From the NCBI GenBank assembly GCA_002633005.1, contig NMRA01000312.1:453850-517849 (forward strand): a stretch of DNA of 64,000 bases. Direction: 5' to 3'. The notes under the pieces were generated by a model that was not told where the DNA came from, searched no databases, and was given only the letters and a program-made list of their open reading frames with translations. Made by a program: the position numbers and the translations under genes. Every line of letters begins with the position of its first letter. Position 1 is the stretch's first letter. Positions 14,401 through 29,400 of this stretch are shown piece by piece. This DNA is from Phoronis australis. Its lineage: Eukaryota; Animalia; Phoronida.

Positions 14401-17400
14401 TAAATTTCTTCCAAGTCTTTTGTTACAATAGGATTATCTTGGAAAAATGGAAAACATTGATCGTTTATTATAAATATATTCCAGTTGCTTCGTTTGTTGT
14501 TTCTGTTCGTCTGTTTTCCATAACACTTATATTCAAGTGGATAAGAAAGCGAAAGGCTGACAGAGAAAAGGTGTTGTCTTTGGTCCGTGGAGTCCGCGTA
14601 ATGCATACAAAAATTGAATCTGTGTGATTTTACATTGTGGAGTAAACGTTCCTTGTCGACATTCAATAGGTTCCATACGGTTACTGCCAGTAGCCTTTAT
14701 AGCTCTCTGTTTTACATTTTTAGGTTCGCGGCGGGATGTCTACATTAGAACCTGGTAAGGTGTTTTGTATTTTCTACCATTAACTTTAGAAAATGTGATT
14801 AATGCTATTTTTAAAATCTTTAAGATCCCGATGTTTCAAGTTGACCTTGATCCATCATAAGCTGCGGTCCGAGCTATTAACAACTCTGAAGCAGAGGTGT
14901 CTTATACATCCCAAGATTCGTCCTAGGCAAATGTGTAGCCAGGTTCTATGTTTAAATGTTGCAGGATACAATTATTCATAGTTCAATAGGTTTCGCCATA
15001 CAGACACCTGACGTTATAGTTACGTCACGCACTTACGTCATAAAGGTATGGCGTACTGCATTGTTTTACTGACAAATCTGCGATCGAAGATTGATTTCTT
15101 TTTTTAATCAGTGGCAGAAGTTTAGGGAAGAAATTTGATTGAATCTTGGTTTCAACTTGAGTATACGTTAGTTCCCATCAATGAAATCACCATCGGCAAT
15201 TCGATTGTTTCTTCAGGTTTAGATGAGGACGACGTTAAAAAGGTCAAGGAAATTCTGTACAACGTTAAAACGGACTATGAAGTTGTGGTCCCGTTTCTCG
15301 CTGACAACAATGGCGATTTCTTGGATTATAAAATTTCAATCACCCCGCAAATATTGCGCAGATACAGGCGATCGTCTTATACAACCTATTTCGCTGACGT
15401 TAATGTCATGATTCCTTCGAAGAACGGTCTTATCCATCTCGTGCTCCAGCCTACGTCATCGCTCGTGTCTCCGGGGGCAACGGTTGAGTTGGAAAGGAAC
15501 AACATCACCGAGAGGAAAATTATCCAACAGGATTGTTTTTTCCAAGGTGGTCTGAGTAACTCTTCTCAATCGTTCGCTGCCATGAGTGCTTGTGACGGAT
15601 TGGTGAGTCTCTTTGGCTAATTTTAATAATTCAATTATCTATGCTCAACGAGAGAAACACTTTCATGTAAAAACTATTGCTGAACACCTCTCGGAGACAA
15701 TATAATACATTCGGAACCACGAGTGACATTCGCATTTAACGTTCAGAAAGCATTGCCCCAACTGGATTTTGCTTAGATATTTCCAAATAAAATTTCTCAA
15801 AGTGACGTCGTCAGTGACGAAAATGAAATCAGTCACGGATTCAGACCTGGAGCCTTTGCATTCGCAGCTACATCCTCCACTGCCGAGTTGCTGAATGACA
15901 GAATGTATTTGATTGGTCAAGTCATCGGCCTTGATTTCAGCTAATGTCTGACAGGTGCCAGATAGAACTGCCAACTTGTAATAAAATGAGGAGAAACGCA
16001 ACGGGTTTTATAGTTTTGTTGCTCTGGTCAAAGCTAATAAATTTAATAAGTCTGTCACATCTTACAGTGTCATCCCAAAATGCATTTTCTTGTAGTAAAA
16101 TTGACAATTTTCTTTTTTTAAAATGTTTTCAAGCATTTTCAGGGCTGAACTCTAATTATTGTACATTATATTTTTCGTAATAAAGAGGCTTTGAACCTGC
16201 ATTCCGCAAAGGAAGTAAACTTCTGATTTAGCTCACTTTCCGCCATAAACTTGGTCTCAACTTGTTCCATATTGAGCTAAGAAGTGATTTTAGTCTTGCA
16301 AAGAACTAACAGTTCGTTATCGCTCGAAACCCTGCTCGCTGCATATGTTAGGCTGTGACAAGCCAACTGGCAGACATGGATCATAAAGAAGCCTGGCACG
16401 CGAGAAACAGACTAAATTGCAATATTGAAAGTGGTTCTCAGCCACTGAAACAGAATTCAACCTGCTCACTAAGTATTTTTAGTGTTTGTTCGTAAAGATT
16501 TTTAATTTCTGTTGATATCAAAGCATTGTCTTTTAGCTTCAAATTTCAAAAACACGATCTTTAAAGAGGCCTGAGACGTGCTATATAGATTAAATTGCAA
16601 CGAAAATCGTTCTCTGCCTCTGAAACAGAATTCAACCTGCTCATCAGGTATTTTTTAGGGTTTGTTCGTAAAGCTTTCATATTTCTGTTGATATCAAAGC
16701 ATTTTCTTTTAGTTTCAAATTTCAAAAAACGATCTGTCAACTGCTCCCCACTTCGTCGATGTTTCTCCCACAAGGCAAAAAATTGTCTCCTTATTTGGTA
16801 TGGCAAGAGATAGACGTAGCACATTCCCCTTATATAGAAAATGTGACGTTTGTCCTCAAGAGATTTCAAGCAACTGACTGTGAGGGCATTTATCATACAT
16901 ATAAGTGGGATTGAGATTAGAAACTCTGTGGTAACCACAGAGTTTTTCCTTCACGCGTATTTCAAAAATCGTGAATTTTGTGATTTTTTCTTGAAATTTC
17001 CTCACAAGGGAATGTGAATTACTCTGTAATAGACGTTGCGAGATGATACTTTCATCAGGAATTGTTTAAAAGATATTTTTGACGAGCTTTCGCGTTCCGT
17101 GGATCTTTAAACAATATGTATAACCAACGGTCAACTATTCTTTCGAAATATCAAACGTTGCTATTGATGATAGACGGCGGCCTTATAGCCGCTTTAAGAT
17201 TGTGGAAGACTTTTAGAAAAGTCTGTGTATTTAGGGAAGTATCTACAAAACATTTTAACTATATATTTTCTGAAAGCGGAAACCCTGTAAAACTTTATTT
17301 TTGTTCTAATCTGCCATTGACTGGGTCATGTGACCATATCTTTTTGGAAACTTTATCGAAAAAGAAAGGTCATTAATTGCAAAACAATGATATCGTTAAC

Positions 17401-20400
17401 ATTACCAAATTTCATATGACATAAAAGTTAAAGATAAAATCTCAAAACAGCTGTTACAGTTTTCTAAATCAGCATTTCGTTTTAGTTTTATGGAACTGTT
17501 GACATTGTCATAATCACAAAAGTTCTGTTTTTGTTAGTCTCTCATTCAGAATGGTACATTTTAAAAAGAATTCTTAAAAGCAGTGTAGAGAACAAGCATA
17601 ATATCTGAAAATTCGTGTGAATCCGATTTGCCATTTCAGAGATGTGATAATCCGAAGTTGGCCAAATTTGGACATTTTTTCGATCCGTACTAGCTGATGG
17701 TATTGCCATTTCGAACTTGGTGAAAAGTAACGATCAAAATGGGAAAATTAACAAATTTTCATTTAACGGTCTATAAGACGGGAGTCGGTGACTTAAATTT
17801 CCTTAATTTGCCGACCTGTATTAAATTAACGAACTGTTTTAACTAAGTTAAATATTGTTTGGCTAAAGCCCTGAGCAAGTAGAGAGGTAACGATGCTTCT
17901 AATTACGTAGATAGCTTTTCTCCAATAACAGCGGGGGTGTGGGGTTTTATCCCACAGGGTTTCAATATAACATGTTGCTCTTGAAACGCCAATGTGTTGA
18001 TAACAAACACTATGTTTGGTGTTCGCTGGAGTGTGTTACGCAAAAATTGACGTCTGCTCAGGCGTTCGTTTTAATTGACATTTGAGTTTAGTTGAAGGTG
18101 AAGACAAGGGCGAGTTTTGCACGAACAAAATGATAACCAATGAAATTTTTATTTGTAAAAACAAATCGATGAGGTCGTACCAGGGGAAAACTAGAATGGT
18201 ATCTTGTTGGGGTGATTTATCAATTGACTTGGAAAAGTATAACTGTACGAGAGAATAAGTCATCAAAAGAGGAGAAAGATGTTCGGAGAAACGCTTACTT
18301 CCAATTAAACTTAATAAGACATTTTCAGTGTTAAGATGCTACATGTGATTTTAGTATACATAATTTTTATGTGTGTGAAATAACTTTTTCTCAAATATTT
18401 CCTCATAACTCTAGTAATGTATAACATACGAACAACTGTTCATCAAAATAATAATCAATAAAAATTTAACATGACGGAGTTGAGACTCGATCCCCACACA
18501 TGAAAATCCTGACTATGACCTGCACGCAGCGGTCGAGATTGCTCGGCAACCTCGTCCACTGCTTGTTGGCCACTGCACCCTAGCAAAGACGTGTCAAAGA
18601 TACTATAGTAATTTTAACATTTTTGTGCGTGCGCCATATTTTATCACAGGAGTGAATCGCAAGTCCACCGAATAAAGTAAATAAAAATACGATCGCAAAC
18701 TGCGTTAAAGAGAGAAAATGTTGCTACCTCGGCTGCCTTGCGTAGAGCAGGTTCCTTGCGAGAAAAGTGAGATCACGCAAGTCTTCGCGAGATATGTCCA
18801 TGTTTACGTCACAGCTGGATTCTAATTCACGTCTGGAGATCCCGACTACTACCAAAACACAGCGACTCTGAACGCCAGGTCATTCTGACCAATACTTACC
18901 TCAAATGTGCTAATAGTAGCCTGTGCGTTTGGTTTTTTTCAGACGTGCGCCTAATCCGGTCTGTAATAGAAGGAAGCGATTATTAGAGACTCAGTTTATT
19001 TATTGCGACCCTGGCGCAGGTCAGCACACGGAATCGTAAGATGGCACGTGAAAAAATTCGCCTTTGCCAATCATCCAATCGTCGTGTCTTTTGTTATACG
19101 ATATTAAGCAAGATTTCTAGACGGCATCCAAACAACATGGAGACCTGGCCTCAATTTTGGGAAGCTTCTATTAGAGTTGACCCGGGGTTCCCGGCTTCTA
19201 TAGAGAAAGGCATTTATTATAGACCAGGTTTCTATTAGAAATTATACGGTGTGCCGCATTGCCGTCGAGTCGTACTGCTTCTGGTGAAAATGAAACAATC
19301 GGTTTCACGGCCGAAAATGCAATTTTGGTATTATTTTCGGATGAGATAGAATTCTTGAAGTTATTAATTTTGACCAGAGCTATAAAACAAGAAAATTCGA
19401 TGATGCGTTTTTGTGATTAACTTCAACTCGCAGATTCTAGCCATTGTCTACCATCCACTCGTTGAAATCAAACCCGGCGACTTCACCTGTTACCGCAAAC
19501 ACCCTACAAGTACTGTCTTCCACGTATGGATTCAACTCCGTCAGCAAATGGTTTGGCTTCGATCACCAATATTACATGGGACATTTCACTTGCTCGTCAT
19601 GCAGGAGCGTACAAGGCATACAATTGGCGTCTTTTGTGTACAGCTTGGCACCTTGGCGAAAGCGGGTACGAAGGGTAGACATAAAACGCGACGGCGGGTT
19701 TTCCTTCGTTATTTCACGTCAAAATTCAGAGCCGAAGTGCAAGTAAACGAAGTTTCTTTAAGTTTCCAAGTGATCGGAAGATACACATGTTTTTCCCAAT
19801 TAAATTTCATTTTAAGATAGCGAATACACTTAATTTCTGCCTTTTCATAAAGGCTCAAATGTTGGTATGATAAAGTTTATAGCACAATTTTCAACATTTG
19901 TCGGGACGTTGTTATTAATACATATCATGTTATTCTTAATGGTAACAAAATTTTTGGTGACACATTTTACAAATGCCAATCTTATGGAAAATCTTGTTAC
20001 TCTTTGACACATATCATGTTCTATTATAGCATTCGTCATCATATTCTTGTTGTTTTATACCGCTAATGTGCTCGGGAACATTTTGGTTGATGCATATGTG
20101 TTTCTAGTCCACGTTTGCACTTGGTGACCTTTATATTTGAACTAAAGCTAGAGTATAAACTCGAGTTGAGATTAAAACTTTTAACTTTTTATGCTGGGGT
20201 CATCAAACGCAAATTAGCATAAGACAGTTATTGAAGTAAGCCATTTTTCTAAAGAATAATGACATTTATCTTAGGTTTGCACAAAAATAGAATGGAAACT
20301 GGCAAAATACGATTTCGAGTGCGTAAATGCTTATAGTAAATACATCGCTCAGTATTACATAGTGCCCAATGTTGCACCCAGATGTCACTCCTGTCTTTTT

Positions 20401-23400
20401 GTTAAATGCTTTGCGGGGATAATCCCAGCATGTGGTTAGTGCGGATCTGTTGGTGTGTAAGATATTACAACCAGATCGTGTAGGCAAGGCCTTAGCATCG
20501 GAAGACACTTAGCTTTGTTCAGACGGACACTTAAACTCGCGCAAGTTGCCCTAGGTGCTACAGAAAGATTAGCAACTTGTCTGGGTGGGTCTGCTTATTC
20601 GATTCACTCAGCTGAATTAATTATAGAAAAGAAGTGAACGAGAAACCGACATGGTCAAACCCGATGTTTTGGGACTTAATGGAGTTATTGAGTTAGATGT
20701 AAATTGATTTCATTAGCGCAATCTGTCAACATGAATCGGAGGTCTATTTGAAATGCGAGGACCAAATGAGACTCGACGACTGCGTAGACTGAAGAGCTAT
20801 TGACTTTCTCTGACTTCAATAACTTTTTTGTGTGTTGAGGTCCCTTCCTATCAATTTCCTTAAAATTGTGCTGACAATTTGACCTTTTCCTCCCCATTCA
20901 GTCTGTGTTGCGAATTTTACACAGCATAAAAGCAGAACAATTGCGTCTATATTTTTAAACCGACACGAAAATAACGTCACGATTAAATTCAACACGGATT
21001 ACGAATCCGCGACAGTCTGAGGTAATTTTATCAATTTGTGAAACAGAGCGCGCTTTCAGAAAGGGCCAAAATCTGCATCTTCACAATATTTAAGCCGATT
21101 AACACGTGAAGAATATCACCCATGTGCTTCTCGAGAACGTATGGTACAAATGTGGAAATTTGATAGAATTTTATCAGGCAAAATCAAAATCTAAACGATG
21201 AGCAAGACTAGCCACTAGAATCTATGTATATGAGTCCCAGTATAAGGGCTTAACTAGAATCTATGTATATGAGTCCCAGTATAAGGGCTGAACTAGAATC
21301 TATGTATATGAGTCCCAGTGTAAGGGCTTAACTAGAATCTATGTATATGAGTCCCAGTATAAGGGCTTAACTAGAATCTATGTATATGAGTCCCAGTATA
21401 AGGGGTTAACTAGAATCTATGTATATGAGTCCCAGTATAAGGGCTTAACTAGAATCTATGTATATGAGTCCCAGTATAAGGGCTGAACTAGAATCTATGT
21501 ATATGAGTCCCAGTGTAAGGGCTTAACTAGAATCTATGTACATGAGTCCCAGTATAAGGGCTTAACTAGAATCTATGTATTATGAGTCCCAGTATAAGGG
21601 CTTAACTAGAATCTATGTATATGAGTCCCAGTATAAGGGCTTAACTAGAATCTATGTATATGAGTCCCAGTATAAGGGCTTAACTAGAATCTATGTATAT
21701 GAGTCCCAGTATAAGGGCTTAACTAGAATCTATGTATTATGAGTCCCAGTATATTAAGGGCTTAACTAGTTGCAAGGGTGGTTCTGCGTTCCGTGGAGTA
21801 AGTCTCTTGCGAAAAAGCAAGATGACAAAAGCCCTCGCGATATATCGACATGCCTTACAAGCGATGTACTTGACCAAATTAGCGACTGTTTTACGTTGCG
21901 GAACGCTGCCCAGGACTTGTACATGCTATCTCGCTTTGTCTTGAATTACCTGGGTGGGATTCGAACTCACGACTACGACCTGAACGTAGCCCCTTCGATT
22001 GCTTGTCTACCCAGACTATAATGACAGCTGGTGTAAAAAACCGCAATTCCACGGATTCGTGTCGTTGGCTTGACTGATTGGTAACGGCAACGGTAGCCAT
22101 GTGCTTTATTCTCCCAAGCAACAACAATGAGATGGTTGTATTTATTTGATTAATGGTTGAGTAAATGCCAGTCAACTTCTAGAAACTGACATGAAACTCA
22201 AAGAAATTAAAAATATTTATCGATATTTATTTTGTGCTCTCGTTAGCTTGGTGTTCTTAAGACAAACGTGAGTGGAGAAGAATTCTTTATCGAACCAATG
22301 GGCTTGGATCCTAAGACTGGAGGTATAACTCATGCCTTGTACAAGAAACCCATTCTCAAGTATTTAAAAGAACAGGGAATAACCAAAGGTAAGAAGCAAC
22401 ATGTTAGGGATTTCTTGAGGCACTATCGTAGATTCGATGGAGTGAATGTGACATTAGAAAGCCTAATGTTAACACACTGTTGTCGCAAATGCAATTATGT
22501 TAACATCATAAAAGCTATTTACGATGAATATATGCTGATGTGAAACGATCCGAATAACAAAATAACGGGAATCAGAATAACAAAATAACGCGAATGAAAA
22601 CATAATTTCTACAGACTTATACATGTAGTCCAAACTGTGTTTAAAGACCCTTTGGAGATTATTTTTTTATTTATTCCTTGGCTAGACATGGGTTGAGTTC
22701 TGTTTTGGTGAAGACATAATTCGTGTCGCATCTTGGGAACGGGATCAATCATTTTTCGAACCCTTCGGACAACGAAATAATGAAACAACTGATTATTACT
22801 TGTAGTCTACCTGTGGACGTAGAGAAAGAGAAATACAGTTTTTACAGTTAGTCTACTTTGACAAAAATTCCTCACACACATATCGTTGGGTATGGAAATA
22901 TTTCATGGCCATTTTGTGGTTGACCTAAACGAAATACAATCTCCACTGTCTTTTGAAACGAAAATATGTCTTGAAAAGACCGTCACGGTGGATTATTTGT
23001 ATTAAAGTAGTCTCGAAAAGATCCCCCAAATCACATTTTTCGCTTGAGAAACATTTTAATATGCATTTAAAACTGAATTACAGATCTTCTAATGTACACC
23101 GATATTGATCTCTCGAGCATTCTTCTACCGGATATAACAGAAGAAACCGCAGAAAAGAGGAGAAGACGACGTGACGTCAAACGAGAATACTTCTTAGAAG
23201 TACTCGTTGCAGTGGGGCCATCTGTTGTTGAATTTCATGGAAAAGATCTCATCGAAACTTACGTCCTGACCATTATGAACATTGTGAGTTATTTTACATT
23301 TAAATGGTTTCAAATTCTTTATTGGTGAGCTGTCTCCAGTACGTGCCACAAGAAATAAAATGGAAGTCATAATAAGGGAGTCGGTCTGCGCCTGTGTAGG

Positions 23401-26400
23401 AATTTAGATCAGCGTTCGGGATAATGCTGACACTTGCTTGAAGTTCTTCTTATACGTTAATCGACAAAGTACAAAGTATCGTGGAATGAGCCAAGCTTCT
23501 GATGTACACTAGATTTGCAATGAACACTATCTCTTTTAAATATATGCTGCCCATTCTTTGGATTATAGCCGAAGATTATATGATATTGAATACTAACCTG
23601 TATTCTATCGAATTCAAGTAACCACATGATGTCAAGAATTGGTGACGTCGTCGTTTATGGTGTAACAAAGACAGTTTTGACAATCTTGTGACGTCAATGG
23701 CTTTTTATTTCATTTTAAGGTGAATAGTGTCTACCATCACTATACCCTTGGCGTCGTTCTCAATGTAGTGGTCGTAAAAATACACCTGTTAGATAAAAAG
23801 ACCGTAAGTATCTTTCTTTGCTCCGTTTTTGTCCTGGAATTCTGCGAGCATAGTGAAATAATTGAAATAATTATGTGTACTTAATGAAATGCAAACCAAA
23901 ATTAAGCTACAGTGTTATGAAAATGCTTGATCAATACAAGGCATTGCCCTTTCGTGTAGCAATGCAATGTTTTAAACCTGTAAAAACGTTTTATATCTAC
24001 TTTCGATCGAAACACACTAAAGTCTGAAGACGTAAAACCAAATTTATTTTGCTGCAAGACTGCTATCGCTATTTCACAAACACTAAGCAGCAACTGATTT
24101 AATGGCTTAGTTCATACGGCGAACCTTTCAAGAGAGCCGCGAGCCGTTGATTCTGTATCATAGTACTAGATTTAAGACTAAGATAGAAATTTGTTCTTGC
24201 GCTCTCACTTCACAATTTCTGAAAAAGGTTTAGCCAAGTAATTGTAAATGCGTTAAAGTTTATACATTAACAAAAATTGTTTCAATAACTAGCGGTAATG
24301 CCTTTATTCTCAGACACCACTTTGAACTTTACTTCAAGTGAGATTTGATTATATTTCTGAAAAAGTTTTACGGAGGGTAAGACCAAATTTGTGACTTAAG
24401 TCTCAAGTCGCTTTTTATGAAACATGTCCCAAACAACATAGTTCATTAACAATTAAAGTGTGTTTTAAACTGGGAATTCTTGCCGCCAGCATGGCAACAT
24501 GTTAACTCCTGGAAGTCCAGCGAAAACACTGGACAAGTTTTGTGCCTGGGCGCATAGCGTCAACCCTGAAGGCGACGACCATCCCGACCACCACGACCAC
24601 GCCATCTATCTGACAAGGGATGACTTTGGTCCCGCAGGTAAACTATGTTGTAAATAATTCATTGGCGTCTGTACCGAAATTGATTTCGGTGAAAAAGATA
24701 TGTTGTCCTATCGTTTTTTTTTTTCAACTTTTGGTTTAGTTAATTTATTTACATTTTGCAGTCGTGTGGTCGCGTATCTTCTCGGAAACATACTTACTTC
24801 ATTAAGCTATCATTAGGATTGTTTACATGAATTCTGTTCTTGGCTCGTGTTCTCGCTCAGTCTGTTACTCATAAAAGTGTTTCCTTGTACATAATCCAGG
24901 ACACGCGTGCAGTGCGATTGCATTCAACTGCAATAGTTTTTTTATCTGTGTCCTTCTTTCTTGACCCAGCAAATACATTCTTACCAATAATTTTTAACCG
25001 TTACCAGCAAATATACTGTTGTGTCGTGTCAAAAGTTGCTCAATCTAATATAGTAAGGATGGAGTGTGTTCCGAACTTATGGGAACACCAAAGTGGCTCT
25101 TGAAACGGGAAAAATCTTCTTGAATAAATTTCATTTGCCTTGGGTAAAGCATGCCGTCTGAGGTATAAGTGTTGTATTATCAGGTATTTGGAGATGGATG
25201 GGCCCGTATAGGCACCGATCGTACGCAGGTATATGTCCGTTGGTTTAATGTACCCCTGTGAACGGCATCCTCTTCCTTCAACTTCCCATTAACGATCGAT
25301 TTGATAAAATCTAACGTACATTTACAACTGTCACTGAGAATGGTGTTTTAGACTCATTCCTCAGACATCTCCACGATTATGATGGCTCGTGTTCATAATG
25401 ACGGCTGCCTCTCACTACCCTATCACGACACTGGCATAACCCAAGTCTGCGAGGAAACAGTGACTGGCGCGTAATACCAACTGTTGTGCGTTAACGTAGA
25501 AACCTGCGTAATCTCAAGTTCACGTATGTGTGAACTTAGAATTGAATATTCATTAAGGCCATCAGGCAAATTTTTTGTTCAGTTTAAAAAAGTTTGTTAT
25601 TACTGACATCACGAACACACATTTTTTTCCTTTACGGTAACTTGCGTCACCGAATGGGGCTATTCGGAGAATTCTCCTCGCGGTGTCGCTGCTGTACTAG
25701 TGGTGATTGAATTGCGCATGCGTGGCTGTCTGCATGTAAACAACTGGTAAAAGATGGAATTGTTATCATAGTACGTCGTCGCGCTAAGCCTTATTACTGC
25801 TAATTTCCCTGGTGCAAGTCTTCGACAGGTGGCCACAAATTCCCAAAAGACCTAAGGTTACTATATTCGTGGACAATTGCGGTTAAGAGGGTCAACTAAT
25901 TGACAAAAAGTGTGTGGATGCTGAAGCCCCGTGTGTGCTCTATGACTAAACAGTTCCATTCGGAGACTACACAACATTACTTGGTAAGTTTTTTGCAATC
26001 AAGTTTCTATCAACATCGTTTGGTGATGTTATCCCCACCAGTTACCCCACTGAATAACAGGTTTATTGAGTGGAACTAGTGTTTCTTTTTGGAAACTCAC
26101 CCGATGCCGGGTAAGCTAGCAGCACATATTCATATTGTCCTGGGTGGGAGTGCTCCCAAAATAAGAGGTGTATGGTACGTGATGCACAGAAGTCAAGGGT
26201 GACTTTTTCACAGCAGTTTCTCTTTAAAACTATGCCGTTTCCAATAAAATTCTCTAGATGTGTGAGTTTCCTTATTTTATCGCGGATTTCACCCCCAGGA
26301 CTACCAGATCAGTTATCCAATCAACATGAATAAGCCTAATTCAGTAAATGTCGTAACATTGTATTGGAAGAAAAATTGACACCTAGAATGAATTGTACTT

Positions 26401-29400
26401 GTTGAGATCACATTTTTAAGTTTCATGAAAAATAGTTATTGTTAAATCACTTTTAGCCTGTTTCACATATTTTAATTCAGATATTGAATAAGACTAGGGT
26501 ACAAAGGTTATTAGTTTCTACACATAAACATGAAGATGAAACGTCAAGTATGTTCTGCCTTACAAAAGTAGTTTTGTCTTTCCCTTTACAATTTGCTAAT
26601 ATTTCTCCGAATATTCTGTTACAGGTGTGCGAAAACAACTGAAACCAACGGCCCGACCATTTATTTTACCTTTGGACAAAGTGAAAAGCAATCCTTCAGC
26701 AATAACCTGAGAGAATTGAATGTAATTCAGAAATTCAACACCTGATATGCCTGATTATGGACTCCCTCGCAATGTTGTTTCTTTCTGTGCTTTTTCAGTT
26801 TGCTATTTGTTTTTAAATACACTGATAATTGTTTATTCTCGAATCTTGTGCATAGCAGATTCATATCCAGCCAGCTGCAATTGAAAACATACAATAAGAC
26901 AATCGATGCAGTCACTGAATGTCATTTCCCCACAAGGTGTACCAAATTGAAAAGTTTTTACCAATAGTATAAAGCCTTTCTTCTGAAAGGAAAATTTAAT
27001 GTCACTCAGCTTTTGGCTTTCATTTCACTGTGATCTAGTTTCAATGGCCTATAGAAGCGCTTGTAAAAAAGGTACAGACCACTTTCGACACGTGGCTTTT
27101 TTCACGTAACCTCATTCAGCCTCAATAACATCCACAATTAGACACTTGAAGGTAAACACAGCAGCATATCACTTGAATCGTTTTGAGCCCAAAATTAGAC
27201 CCTTGAAGTAGACCAGAGTGTCACTAGGTCTTCTTTAGCTTCAGTCCCTCATGTTTCTTCCAGCAAAGGAAATAAGCTATTGTCCACACATGACTCATTG
27301 CCTATGAAAGGCATCCTCACCAACAAGGCTTACTTGTGTAGCAGTCAGATATAGTTCGTCTGAATACACAGACAGTCCACTGGCACATTGTCTTATGGTA
27401 ACTTAGTACTGCGATTCACATTTCTCCAGGGACACTGACTTGTACATTATGCCATGCAGCACTGCTGGTGTGTGGAAGTGCTGTGGGAAGAGAACGGAGT
27501 CACAAAGCTTGTCTATGATACAGCTGGAAGTGGCTTTAAAATGTCACTGAACCTGGAACAAATATTGTACAAATTAAGTACTCCAGATTGGGTCAAAAAT
27601 GTTATCCCTGTTTTTCAAAAATATATGGCGACTGCTCTACAAGTTTCACATAAAATTAAATAATTACTATTTTCAGAAACCAAGGGTGTATATACTAAGC
27701 ATTGCATATAACTGCGTCTTTATTTTTAATTCGTAGGCATAACAATTCTTTAAATGCATCACTGGTCTGCAAAATATACAAGTTTTTTGAGACAACTTCA
27801 AACCTTTGCTACCCATTTTCAAGCCTTTTAAATTTTGATACTTTCAGCAATTTTAAACTCCGATTACAGGTTCATGGGTCTGTCAAGAATACTTCTAGTC
27901 TAAGGTTGAGGGGACCGTTTCTCAGACTTTTAATTTTTCTTCTAATAGAAGATATGAAGACTTGGATAATTTAAAAATGATGATTAATATTTCTGTTGTT
28001 TAACAGTAATTACAAATCGTAAGGGACCATCAAAAATGCAATTTTCATAAAAATGGCAGTCATTTGAATTTATAACGACTTGCAATATTTCAAGGCATGA
28101 GTTAAGACTATTCAGTCACTGTGAATTCAGAAAATGTAATATATTTTCATGGGTTTACAACTGATGCAAGTAGCAAAACAGTTTCAAAAAATCAACTTGA
28201 AGGGACTTCATGAAGGTTAAGAATTACCTCACCATGCTCTTTTCTCCAAACATGTATTACTTGTTATTTCCACACATGCAGTTGTACCAAATATTACAAC
28301 CCCAACCCCCCATGCCAATCCCCCGCTAAGGACCTGAATAAGAAAATTAACAAAATGACTTACATACCTTTCTTTAAAAATAGCTGTTCCTTTTCAAAGG
28401 CTTTGTTCGTTGCCTCCAACATTGAAAGTAGGCTTTGACAAAAGATCTGCACTGGATGGAAAGATCTTGTTGGTTAGCTGCTGTCAAATGCTAAAAACCA
28501 ATTTTTGTCCATTCAGGGACGGTGCAGAAGCGAAGCGTATCTCCTCTGCACGGTACAAGCCCTCAAACCTAAAAACCAAAGGTTACGTGAAAAGAGAAGT
28601 GATAGATTTCCATTTCAACGTGTAATAGATTTCCAGAAGACATATGATAGGGAGTAAACAAATAGTCTAATGCAATGGATATTTGTCATGTACCCCGCTT
28701 TGCCATTGGGCTTGGATTGTAATCTTAACTCATTAACCTGTATCGAGTTGACAGCATAAACATTCAGCATTGATTGATGTAACTGTCACTGATAAACTGT
28801 TAGAAATCATTCCAAACAATAATAATGCTTTGATGTACGAAAAGATCCCGATTGCTACGTCAAGTATCGTATCACATATCACAACAAACAAAGATAACCC
28901 GACCGGCGACTGCCGCGAAGTCGACATCGGCGAGTACCTCAGTTAACAGACATCGGAAGAATAAGCATGGAATAATCGTTAAAATAATCACAAACCTTAC
29001 TTTTGTGTAAGGTCGTGCTTACTTCCTCTCATAGAAGCACCCTTTTCACGGAATCTCAGATTCAGTTGGCACGGCTGCAAGCCATTTCACCATGTATTTA
29101 AAGGGCTCACGAAATCGAGGCTGTTAATCTATCACCACTAGTACACGCGCGCCCTCTAGTTATTGTAGATTTTCTGAATAGCCCCATTTGGAGGAATATG
29201 TGAATAGTTAAATAAATTTAGAATTTTATTGCTTGGTGAAAAAGATCACCAATAATTTTAAAAGGTTGGTTAAAATTTACATTATTTCATTACATTTATT
29301 TGATTTAGTGCAGTGCAAATTTTTATCGACGTGAACGTTATTATTTTGAATGAATTTGTCAAGTTTTCTCGTGTATTCCAAGTTCACGCGTACGCAATCT

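Noticed and set aside
15829-15894. tRNA- or SINE-head-like sequence on the minus strand
   Set aside because: Only weak A/B-box resemblance and the stems do not pair; too degenerate to call.
21214-21768. Regular 39-bp repeats (and the 38-bp arrays) as a CRISPR-like array
   Set aside because: Units are contiguous with no unique spacers, there are no cas genes, and the DNA is eukaryotic.
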